This document shows positions 10,001-18,402 of a stretch of 64,000 nt of DNA, piece by piece; the first letter of the stretch is position 1, and each line of letters begins with the position of its first letter. Below the pieces are notes generated by a model, which saw nothing but the letters and a program-made list of their open reading frames with translations, made no database searches and had not been told where the DNA came from. Made by a program: the position numbers and the translations under genes. The stretch spans positions 224 through 64,223 of the forward strand of contig CAZVWJ010000012.1 of the NCBI GenBank assembly GCA_964631325.1. Reading direction: 5' to 3'. Source of the DNA: an uncultured bacterium. GTDB taxonomy: Bacteria > T1Sed10-126.

Positions 10001-12182
10001 CTAGCATTCGCAACGTCTCGCGAGGCCTCCCACTGTTAAAAGCCCCCGCCACAGCCATTCTTTTAGCGCTATCAGTCATAACCTTTTCAATCAACTTTTG
10101 TTTATGATCATAAACAAATTCCCAGTCTCCCTGCTGGGCCTTCAACTCGCATAATTCATACAAAAAATCCCCTCGCTCTGTTTCTTTATATTTGGATTCG
10201 AGATATTCTTCCAAATCCTCATACTTTTCGTCTTCATAACCTTTTCGGTGATAAGACATATTTTGAATCTGTTCAAAATAACTGAGATCTTGACATGACT
10301 GGACGGTATCTAAAGCCTTTTCATATTCTCCTTGGAGCAATAGAATTCTGGCTTTCCAATATTTCCATAATTCTTTTGAATCCCCACCAAATATTTCTTT
10401 ACTTTCTTCATGCAGCCAAATGGCATCATCTATATTCCCTCTAGATAATAAAGCAACCAATAATCCAATTACTTCATTAACCCCAGGAGAATATTTTTCA
10501 AAACGCTGAATTACTTCATTAGCGGTAAGTTGGTTAACTACATTAAAATCTCTGGCTGTCCCCCAAATAAAAGCCCCATAATGAATCGAATTTTCGGAAA
10601 GCAATTTTTCAGCGTAATTATTAGCACTTTCTGTATTGCCGGGGTCTTCCAACTCATCTAAATTTGCCTTACAGGCTAATTTCCAGACTTCTAAATCTAC
10701 TGCCTCTCTTTCATTTTCAGTTGCAATATCAATCAATTCATCAAAAGTATCCTGGGCTTCCTGAAGTCTCTCTCGAATATCTTCGTCTTTGATTAGATAA
10801 TGTCTGAAGACAGGCATGGGGGGATTTAAAGGCTGATCTGGGAGAATGACAGGAGAGAAAGCTGAATGATAATAAATTATTCCTTTAGTCCGCTGAACTT
10901 CAAAATTGTCTGGCTCCTCTTCCGCAATTTTCTCGATTTGGTCATATGCCTTTCCTAAATTTTCTTGTAATAAAAATGCTATAGCTTTTAATCGCTTGGT
11001 TTCATAATTTAAGGTGAACTCATCTTCAAATTCATCAAGGCGACTCCAAAAATCTTTGATTTCATTCATTTCCAACAAACAGGCAAGTATTAAATTACCT
11101 GCTTCTATAGTGGAGGGGTCTTCTAGTTGATTTAAAACCTTGCTAGGATTTTCTTCATGGTATAGTACTACAAATTTTTCGTATTCAGTGTTTATATCAA
11201 CCTGTAATTGATCAATTTCTTCGAAAATTTTTCTTGCTTCCGGAAAATCTTCCTCAATAGTGGCTTTTAAAACAGCTTCAATTTTTAATATTTCTGCTCT
11301 AACTTCATTATCATTTAGAAATTTTTCATTTTCTCGGAGGTTTAAAATTTGTTCATATGCACGTCGTGTCCTACCTTGTTTTAGAAGATTTTTCACCTCC
11401 TGAAGTTCTTCAAAAGTCATTTCGGTAATTCTTTCGAAAGCTTGCTCGTTAACAATATTTTTCTTTTTTAATTTTTGTTTTAAGTTTCTATCTGTATTTG
11501 GATTTTCCTCACAAATTACATTAATCCAATGATCTGCCGGTTCCAAAAAACGAGCAACTATATGAGGATGGTCCATCAATTTATCTTTTAATTCTCTAGC
11601 TGACCAAACTTCAAAATCAATTCCATGTTTTTTTAATCTTTGTATTTGGTTTTCAATTACATCATGCACTTGAGTCCGTTGGATATCACTCGCTAAAAAT
11701 AAAATAATTTTCTTAACTCGCTCAAAATCCCAATGATCTTCATTTTCTTCTAATATTCGATTCACAACATTTGTAATAAGTTTTGGTTCTACTTCTACAT
11801 GAGATTTACATTCACCTAAAATAATCTGGTCTTCTGAAGTAATTGCTTTAAGATCAACTCCAAAATCAGATTGGCCTTCTATACCATATAACTCACAAAA
11901 CTCGATATGATTCTCTTTTCTAAGAATATTTAGACAAAGTTTTTCAAATCGTTTTGGAGTCAATTGATAAAAAGGGGGGGATAAATCTAGTTTTATATTC
12001 GGGGTAATAAACTCAGCTTCATCATAAATTGGAAAATCCTCAGGATTAGATTTAGAGTTCTGAAAAACTTTACTACTTGCCTTTTTGTTATAATTTTTAT
12101 CCATTTTTTTCACCTCAGGATCACTGTTATGATCTTTTCTTTTCAATTTTTTCATTGAGTTCACTAAGCGACTCACATTCAT
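9981..12182 (-). CDS. Mrr-like PD-(D/E)xK restriction-endonuclease domain fused to C-terminal TPR/helical repeats
   Basis: N-terminal FEKLCLNILRKENHIEFCELYGIEGQSDFGVDLKAI...ILGECKSHVE matches Mrr_cat (D...E-x-K) pattern; remainder TPR-like; true start may be the internal MDKNYNKK. Confidence 0.65.
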   Translation of the reverse strand: MNVSRLVNSMKKLKRKDHNSDPEVKKMDKNYNKKASSKVFQNSKSNPEDFPIYDEAEFITPNIKLDLSPPFYQLTPKRFEKLCLNILRKENHIEFCELYGIEGQSDFGVDLKAITSEDQIILGECKSHVEVEPKLITNVVNRILEENEDHWDFERVKKIILFLASDIQRTQVHDVIENQIQRLKKHGIDFEVWSARELKDKLMDHPHIVARFLEPADHWINVICEENPNTDRNLKQKLKKKNIVNEQAFERITEMTFEELQEVKNLLKQGRTRRAYEQILNLRENEKFLNDNEVRAEILKIEAVLKATIEEDFPEARKIFEEIDQLQVDINTEYEKFVVLYHEENPSKVLNQLEDPSTIEAGNLILACLLEMNEIKDFWSRLDEFEDEFTLNYETKRLKAIAFLLQENLGKAYDQIEKIAEEEPDNFEVQRTKGIIYYHSAFSPVILPDQPLNPPMPVFRHYLIKDEDIRERLQEAQDTFDELIDIATENEREAVDLEVWKLACKANLDELEDPGNTESANNYAEKLLSENSIHYGAFIWGTARDFNVVNQLTANEVIQRFEKYSPGVNEVIGLLVALLSRGNIDDAIWLHEESKEIFGGDSKELWKYWKARILLLQGEYEKALDTVQSCQDLSYFEQIQNMSYHRKGYEDEKYEDLEEYLESKYKETERGDFLYELCELKAQQGDWEFVYDHKQKLIEKVMTDSAKRMAVAGAFNSGRPRETLRMLGEYYDE

Positions 12183-12564
12183 CAGCCAATTGTTTTAATT
12201 CTTCCCAATCTGTATCTTGAACAGTCTCTTCTGTATCACTTGGATTTGAATCCGGGGTATTATCTGGAGCGAAATTCTGTCTTAGTTCTTCCCCAAACCA
12301 ATTCTCGGTAAATAAAAAAATATTTACTTGGGGTGTATCTTTTCCATCGCTTTTTAAAAAAGGTATAGAACTCCAATCTAAACGAGCTTTCCCAACTTTA
12401 CATAACCAGAAAATTAAGCAAAAAACTAATAAATGAATAAATAAATGTGAAAACCAACGAATATTGTATCCTTCTGGATAAACAAGATCGCTATAGTAAA
12501 ACCTCACCTCATCAATAAATCGAGGTAAACCAAATTGCTTATACTTAATCGTATTGATCCTCAA
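12127..12564 (-). CDS. small membrane protein (one TM helix, acidic tail)
   Basis: 145-aa ORF with hydrophobic segment HLFIHLLVFCLIFWLC; overlaps MTase stop by 20 nt and next gene start. Confidence 0.35.
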   Translation of the reverse strand: MRINTIKYKQFGLPRFIDEVRFYYSDLVYPEGYNIRWFSHLFIHLLVFCLIFWLCKVGKARLDWSSIPFLKSDGKDTPQVNIFLFTENWFGEELRQNFAPDNTPDSNPSDTEETVQDTDWEELKQLADECESLSELNEKIEKKRS

Positions 12565-15500
12565 TTATTTGAATTTCTTCATTTGTGAGTCCATATAGCT
12601 CATAAACTATCCGATCAATTTCTTGGTCGGTTTCTTCGATTTTTTTCTCAATGTTTAATTTTTCGGAGTCCGATGTTACTTGAGTAAGACTTCCATGTAA
12701 ACTGAGCATCCTATCGGCTTTTTCGGCGATTTGATCGCGCAGTTCAACTTCAGTTGAGTTCGATTCATCGATTTGTTTGATGGGGAGTTGCTCCATGTAT
12801 TGGTAGATATAGCGAAGATATCCGCCTCGGTAAGATGAACAGATGTTTTCGTAATAAAAGGCAAGTAGTTTCGAGTTGAGTAAACCCAGTAAATAAGGAT
12901 CGTCACTGGATATTATGTAAGCCGTGTTTACACAATAATAATTGCCATCTCGATCCAGTGTGAAGTTACCCCTTTCAGCAATATCTGGAACTATTAATTT
13001 GGGCTTTTCAAATTCATCGTAATAATCGCAGGCTCGAAGTTCCCACCAGTATTCTCCTTGATCGTATCGTTCCCGAGCTCTTTCCTCATATTGACTCAGG
13101 TATCCGGTAATAGCTGGATACTGTTGCTTCAACCATTGCCATTCATCCGCGTCTTTTGGAGCATTTTCATTAGTCCAACCGTTGGGGAAGAAAATTAGAT
13201 AATGTTCTGGTGACAAGGATGCATATCGCTTGATATCGCGGCCCTTCAAAAATGGTTTAAGCCGTTCATCGCTGGCTGGGTTTTTATCAATTAATTCCTG
13301 ATACTTAGCCGAGTCAATTACAAAGGCTTTGTTCAATCCTGTTTTAATCCCGTAGTGAATTCCACCATTTACGACTTTTTTTAAAGGCTTGGACTGATCC
13401 CTTACTTTACGAAGCAAATCTTGAGTTTCTTTACCTACAAGTGTCCAACTTCCTCCCGTTAGGAATTCCTTATTCATAGGAAATGAATCTTCCCGGAAGA
13501 GAACAGATAAATCTCCGAGAATATCGTCTTGTTCATTGGCAACGTCGAGGGCGGTGAATTCACCATTAAAAGAAGTCGGAGACATCATCAGAATACAGGG
13601 GTAAGTCGTGGCGGTATCGAAAACTGTATAATCGCCGAAATTGATCAGTTTTCGAATCGGTTGGTCATCGAGCCAACTGCGAAGATTCTTTCCGTATTTG
13701 GCTCGCATCCATTTGTTGGACACAATGTAGCAGAAGGTCCCCTCCTGGTTCAATAACTTGTAACCACGTTCGATGAAATAAGTGTAGAAATCCGCGGTGC
13801 CATAATAAGTTTCATAATGATTCTTAAAATATTCTTTCTGTTCTCCCAAGTCCTCCTGTCTGACGTAGGGCGGATTAGCGATAACTACATCAAACCCGTT
13901 ATTTTCCAGGAAGACTTCGGTGAAGTAGAGTTCCCAGAGGAAGAACGGGCGACGGCGGGACTGTTTTATTTCTTCGAGTTCTTTTAGTTTTTCTTCTTCG
14001 TCGTGTTCCTCCAGGGTGGCTTCAATGAGTTCCCAGTGTAGCTCTTCAATTTCTTCGCGTAATTCTCGTTTTTCGCTCTTGCGGACGGCATCCGCGAATT
14101 CTTTTTGAAGTTGATCCAATTCTTCTGCCTTTTTACGGGCCTCACTGTGGCGCTGGAAGAGGTCAGGGGTTCCATGCTGGTTTTGTTGTTCACTCTCTAA
14201 ATTTCCTATTTCTTTTTTTATCTTTTCCAATTCATTGTCCAAACGTTTCTGTTCGGCTGATGGAAGATTACCGGACTGGTGGCGGTCTATATATTGTTTT
14301 TCAAGGGACCGTTGTTTCTCTTTTAATTCTCGGCGGCGGGCTTCGGTATCGGCTTGCCGGTCACGGATAAGTTCGGAGTCAAACAGTTCAATCCCCTCGT
14401 ATTCCTCGACCAGCGAGTCGCCCTGCATAATTCGGTACTCGAGGTTGGGTAGGGGTTTAATCTCTTCATAGTCTTCCTCATCAACGACCAGGGAGAGCCA
14501 GAGGCGGAGCTTGGCGATATCAACGGAACTGGGATCAATATCAACGCCGTAGAGATTATGTAAAATAGCGTGGCGCTTGAGCTCATACTGGCTGCGATCT
14601 TCACCGGAATCAAGATAGGGAGTGAGCAGGCGGCGCAGTTTGACGATCTCCTGCATCAGGCCGACCGGGAAGGCGCCGGAACCGATTGCCGGGTCGCAGA
14701 CTTTAATCTCGGCAAGTAGCGCGTCAATTTTGTTGACCCGCTCACGGATAGAATCGGGAATTTTTTGTTGGCGTTCGGCAAGATCACCTTCCGCAACGGC
14801 CGCTTCGTGTTGAAGCAGAAGATCACCGTGTTCAACGACTAATCTTATGTCCGCTTCAGGAATGTCCCCCCCATCTGTATCTTCCCCCACCGGGGGGGAA
14901 GAGCTTTCACCCTCACCCCGGCCCTCTTCCATCGAGGGAGAGGGAGTTTGGTCCCCCTCATCCGCCCTGCGGGCACCTTCTCCCACCGGGGGAGAAGAAT
15001 CACCCCCATCTTGCTCTTCCCCCATCGAGGGGGAAGAGCTTTCACCCCCACCTGTGTCCTCCCCCGTCGAGGGGGAGGAGATGTTTTTGCTATCTGGGGA
15101 GAGATTATTTTTATTGTTCAAATGTGTGGAGAGGTAATTGACCAGGCTTTCCTGGCACATGTAGTGGACTATTTCGCGGGGGGTGTAGAAAGCGCCCTTT
15201 GATTTGCGGTCCTCGACGTCAAGCATGCGCTCGTAGACCTTGCCCAGCATCTCGGGATCAACGGCGACTTCTTTTTCCAGCGGTTCATCCTCGCGGATGG
15301 TGAAGTTGTAGCGGTCGAAGGTGTCAAAAATCTCGGCGAAGAGTTCGTCGGGGAGGGTGAGTTCAGTCTCGTCCCAGGCGTAGTTATTTATCGGTTCAAA
15401 TAAACCGCCGTTTAAAAAGGGAATGCGGCACTCCAGTTTTGAATCCATGGCGCCCCGGCCGCGGTCGACGGCAAGCGAGTTGTAGAACAGGTGTTCGAGC

Positions 15501-16402
15501 ACGTCGTTGTAAAAATTGTCGTAAGCACAGTATTCGCCCGCAAAGAGCCGGCGGAGAAAATCTTTCGGACCGGTGCCCCACTCGTGGAAAGAGCCGGAAG
15601 CATCGCGTTCGACGCCCAGCCAGCCTTTTTTCTGAATAAAATAGAGGAAGACAATCTGGCCGAGGAGCTTCTTGGCAAAACTGGTCGGGGTAATATCCTT
15701 CTTGTCAAACTCCGCCCGGATTTTATCGTCCGCCGTTAATACCTCTTCGGTGGCCTCTTTGGCTTCCAGGAACAGCTCCCGGTATTGCTCGAAGAACTCG
15801 TCGGAAACCGGTTCAACGCTAAAGGCTTCTTCAAGTTCAGCCAGGCTGGGTTTGCTCTCCTGATCAAGAACCCGGGCGAGCTGTTTCTGGGCCGTATGAT
15901 TTGGTTCGTTGGCCCCGACAAGATAGGAAAAGCGCTTGGCCGGCGATAGCTCCCGCCGGGGCCGGGTCTTCCCGGCCTCAGTTTCCTGGAGGCTGTAGTC
16001 AACCTTGACCAGGGAAAACCGCCAGTCGGGGTGGCCCTCGGTGTGAAAGGCAACCAGCGCCCCGTCCTTCTGATAGCCCCGGCTGTCCCGCAGATACCAG
16101 CCAACAAAATTACGCTGGGCGGTGCGGGCGCGGCGCAGGTTGGAAACCTGGTTGAGATGGACAACCAGCACATGGATGTATTTACCGTTTGGTTCGTCGT
16201 ATTTTCCGAGGCGGCGGTAGGACTTGACGTATTTTTTGTAGGCTTCGGGGATGTTGTAGCCGGACATACTTTTCTGGGCTTCCTCGGAATCATCAAAATC
16301 GCGCTGGAGGAGGTTATTGATAAAGTTATGGTAGCGGGCCTCGTCAAACGGTTGGTCGAAGGTGTTTTTAATAACGTTTTTCGTGGCTTCCTGAACAGTC
16401 AT
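12545..16402 (-). CDS. gamma-class N6-adenine DNA methyltransferase, PglX / Type IIG (Eco57I-MmeI)-like, with TaqI-C-like target recognition region and internal acidic tandem-repeat linker
   Basis: motif I VCDPAIGSGAFP; motif IV DVVIANPPYV; C-terminal GIHYGIKTGLNKAFVI typical of TaqI_C-type TRD; 1285 aa; repeat SPS/PVGE-D/E-GG-ESS inserted upstream of the MTase core. Confidence 0.8.
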   Translation of the reverse strand: MTVQEATKNVIKNTFDQPFDEARYHNFINNLLQRDFDDSEEAQKSMSGYNIPEAYKKYVKSYRRLGKYDEPNGKYIHVLVVHLNQVSNLRRARTAQRNFVGWYLRDSRGYQKDGALVAFHTEGHPDWRFSLVKVDYSLQETEAGKTRPRRELSPAKRFSYLVGANEPNHTAQKQLARVLDQESKPSLAELEEAFSVEPVSDEFFEQYRELFLEAKEATEEVLTADDKIRAEFDKKDITPTSFAKKLLGQIVFLYFIQKKGWLGVERDASGSFHEWGTGPKDFLRRLFAGEYCAYDNFYNDVLEHLFYNSLAVDRGRGAMDSKLECRIPFLNGGLFEPINNYAWDETELTLPDELFAEIFDTFDRYNFTIREDEPLEKEVAVDPEMLGKVYERMLDVEDRKSKGAFYTPREIVHYMCQESLVNYLSTHLNNKNNLSPDSKNISSPSTGEDTGGGESSSPSMGEEQDGGDSSPPVGEGARRADEGDQTPSPSMEEGRGEGESSSPPVGEDTDGGDIPEADIRLVVEHGDLLLQHEAAVAEGDLAERQQKIPDSIRERVNKIDALLAEIKVCDPAIGSGAFPVGLMQEIVKLRRLLTPYLDSGEDRSQYELKRHAILHNLYGVDIDPSSVDIAKLRLWLSLVVDEEDYEEIKPLPNLEYRIMQGDSLVEEYEGIELFDSELIRDRQADTEARRRELKEKQRSLEKQYIDRHQSGNLPSAEQKRLDNELEKIKKEIGNLESEQQNQHGTPDLFQRHSEARKKAEELDQLQKEFADAVRKSEKRELREEIEELHWELIEATLEEHDEEEKLKELEEIKQSRRRPFFLWELYFTEVFLENNGFDVVIANPPYVRQEDLGEQKEYFKNHYETYYGTADFYTYFIERGYKLLNQEGTFCYIVSNKWMRAKYGKNLRSWLDDQPIRKLINFGDYTVFDTATTYPCILMMSPTSFNGEFTALDVANEQDDILGDLSVLFREDSFPMNKEFLTGGSWTLVGKETQDLLRKVRDQSKPLKKVVNGGIHYGIKTGLNKAFVIDSAKYQELIDKNPASDERLKPFLKGRDIKRYASLSPEHYLIFFPNGWTNENAPKDADEWQWLKQQYPAITGYLSQYEERARERYDQGEYWWELRACDYYDEFEKPKLIVPDIAERGNFTLDRDGNYYCVNTAYIISSDDPYLLGLLNSKLLAFYYENICSSYRGGYLRYIYQYMEQLPIKQIDESNSTEVELRDQIAEKADRMLSLHGSLTQVTSDSEKLNIEKKIEETDQEIDRIVYELYGLTNEEIQIIEDQYD
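14860..15085. repeat. intragenic imperfect tandem repeat (encodes SPSxGE(D/E)xxGG(E/D)SS units) with C7 and G7 homopolymer tracts
   Basis: repeated tcttcccccatcgagggggaagagctttcaccc-like units visible in the sequence; tgtccccccc and caccggggggg tracts. Confidence 0.7.
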
Positions 16403-16454
16403 GTGAAACTCCTCAAAACCATTATTGGACAGGATTTACAGGATAAACAAGATC

Positions 16455-16540
16455 TTAATTTAACGCAAAGGCGCAGAGGCGCAAAGAAGTATCTCCGTGG
16501 GGACGGAGGTTGATTATTGATTAACTTTTTTAGCTCGCGG
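16455..16540. repeat. dispersed intergenic repeat cluster (aacgcaaaggcgcagaggcgcaaag + ggggacggaggttgattattgattaacttttttagctcgc)
   Basis: same motifs recur at ~21980-22155, 28329-28354, 28707-28750 and partially at 25558-25600. Confidence 0.75.
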
Positions 16541-16658
16541 GTGGGCGCTGATTAGAGATTAACTCCTCTGCACTATTGCGCGATTATACAAATTTTGCGT
16601 CCGAGCCTGCTGAAGTTTTTTTCGGAGACAATCATTCATTAGATTCTCAAACATGTAA

Positions 16659-16900
16659 TCAGTCAAGCTGAAGTTCCCAGTGCCCCTCTTTTCTGCCGCC
16701 AATACGTTCTAATACATCCTTTTCTCTCAATTTCCTGATATTTTTCTGCACAGCTCGCTGACTTATTCCTATATCTTCAGCAAGTTCCGAAATCGTTGTT
16801 TCTTTATTTTGTCCAATCAATCCCAGAATTTTCTTCTCACTTTTCCCGAATCTTTCCCCGTTAAGTACCCTGGCATGTATTCCATCAAGTATCCTGTATC
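16659..16900 (-). pseudogene. 3'-terminal winged-helix fragment of an AlbA_2-family gene (no start codon, upstream in-frame stop)
   Basis: translates to ..GKSEKKILGLIGQNKETTISELAEDIGISQRAVQKNIRKLREKDVLERIGGRKEGHWELQLD*, aligning with the C-terminus of the 505-aa AlbA_2 protein at 25693-27210; stop and 3' flank (~85 bp) are identical to that gene. Confidence 0.55.
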
Positions 16901-16930
16901 AATGTTTCAGTCAATATCCAGCTCACCTTT

Positions 16931-16978
16931 TACTGTGACATTACTGTGACATTACTATGACATTTACTATGACATTAT
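16931..16978. repeat. 11-bp tandem repeat x4 (tactgtgacat / tactatgacat)
   Basis: directly visible immediately 3' of the AlbA_2 gene stop (16987). Confidence 0.7.
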
Positions 16979-16986
16979 GTTCAAAA

Positions 16987-18402
16987 TTAGTTTGGAAATT
17001 GATAAAACGCAGTTGGGTCAGTTTCCGATTCTGCCTTTCTTTCCAAAACACCTTTTTCCTGTAAACTTGTTAGTTTTCTATTCACAGTTCGCTTTACTTT
17101 CCCTATCAACTCAACGGCTTCCTTAGTGGTTATTTTTTGATTTTTTTGGATGTAATTAACAATTTTTTGCTCATCCTCATCAAGATCAACCTCATTTATC
17201 CCGTCATTTATCCCGTCATCCTTCTTTGTCGGTTTCAGTGGAATAATGGTCTTAAAAATGTCATCCTCAATTAATTTCGGGGTGGCCCCGGAAGTATAGA
17301 TTCCACAGTATTTAAAGGTATTGCGGACGCCGGAACCAAGCTCATCAGCACGTCCAATCTCCTTGAAAAAACTGGCAATCACCGGGTTCTTGGGATAGGG
17401 CGAGAAATTATCCGGGTTGATTTCCCCCACGTTGCGGGTGCGGTTGGCGTTCTCCGTCAGAACTCTGTCTTCCTCAATGATCAACTTAGCTGGATAGGGA
17501 TTCGTGTATTCCCGGTGAATCAACAGGTTCCCGATGACTTCGTGAAAAATAAGATCACGGACGCTTATTCGTTGATCGCCTTCGTTGTAGTATTTATCGG
17601 GAAGATGCTTTTTCACGAAGGCCATGAGCCGATCGTAACTTTCAATTAAATTCGTCCGCACGTCATCTCTGTCGTCGTAGCGATCCTTATTTTCAACCCG
17701 CTTGATCGCATCCGTCCGGTGATGTGGACACACGTCCCGAATAACCTCGTCCTTTCCCAGCAACAGAACGGCTGCCAACGTATACCCGGATTTGTTTGAC
17801 TGGCGGTCCTCCCGGTAAAGACCGGCTGAACGAAGAAGCTCCCGGTCCTCCAATTCCAGCCACGGATGGTTCTTACGTTCACTACGGGCAAGCTTCCGTA
17901 TTCGCTCAAACAGATCGTTTTTGAAATCGCCCATTTCTACAAACGGGTAAATCTCGTTCTCCGTGTAGGTCGACTGCTTGCGCCTGTAAAGCTTACTTAC
18001 CTGCTCAGGCTGGTCCGTTATATCCAGATCCCCGTCCTCATTACGGTCATAGATTTCCCCACATGTCCGGTGGACCTGTGAGCTTTCCGGCACGAAAGTG
18101 TGGAGGACGTGCTTTCCCTCGTATTCAATGGTCTCCGGGGACAAATAAAATGGCGGATTGAGTTTTTGTGAATTGTTGGCATTGTTCACGATGCTGTTAA
18201 TGACATCCTGAACACATTGTTCCAAAACGCCCACTACTTCCTTGTCGTCATTGATTCCCAGGAACAGGTGACCTCCGTTGCGGTTAAGGAAGGCACAAAT
18301 CGTTTCAAAGGCGTTCTCATTGAGTTTCGAGCGGGATTCCTTGAACTCAACCTCAATTCCCTCGCCCGCCTGGAGATATTGCTCGAGTTCTTCCGGTTCC
18401 AT
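16987..18402 (-). CDS. AlbA_2 (Schlafen-like divergent AAA/putative DNA-binding) domain protein with HATPase_c_4-like and C-terminal wHTH regions
   Basis: N-terminal VEFKESRSKLNENAFETICAFLNRNGGHLFLGINDDKEVVGV matches AlbA_2 pattern; C-terminal HTH; abuts helicase gene (stop 18403 / start 18402). Confidence 0.7.
   Translation of the reverse strand: MEPEELEQYLQAGEGIEVEFKESRSKLNENAFETICAFLNRNGGHLFLGINDDKEVVGVLEQCVQDVINSIVNNANNSQKLNPPFYLSPETIEYEGKHVLHTFVPESSQVHRTCGEIYDRNEDGDLDITDQPEQVSKLYRRKQSTYTENEIYPFVEMGDFKNDLFERIRKLARSERKNHPWLELEDRELLRSAGLYREDRQSNKSGYTLAAVLLLGKDEVIRDVCPHHRTDAIKRVENKDRYDDRDDVRTNLIESYDRLMAFVKKHLPDKYYNEGDQRISVRDLIFHEVIGNLLIHREYTNPYPAKLIIEEDRVLTENANRTRNVGEINPDNFSPYPKNPVIASFFKEIGRADELGSGVRNTFKYCGIYTSGATPKLIEDDIFKTIIPLKPTKKDDGINDGINEVDLDEDEQKIVNYIQKNQKITTKEAVELIGKVKRTVNRKLTSLQEKGVLERKAESETDPTAFYQFPN

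Noticed and set aside
14235-16513. Multiple proline/arginine-rich ORFs on both strands (for example 15736-16347, 203 aa) in the GC-rich 5' half of the MTase gene
   Set aside because: They are alternative-frame artefacts of a GC-rich gene; the MTase frame carries the conserved motifs.
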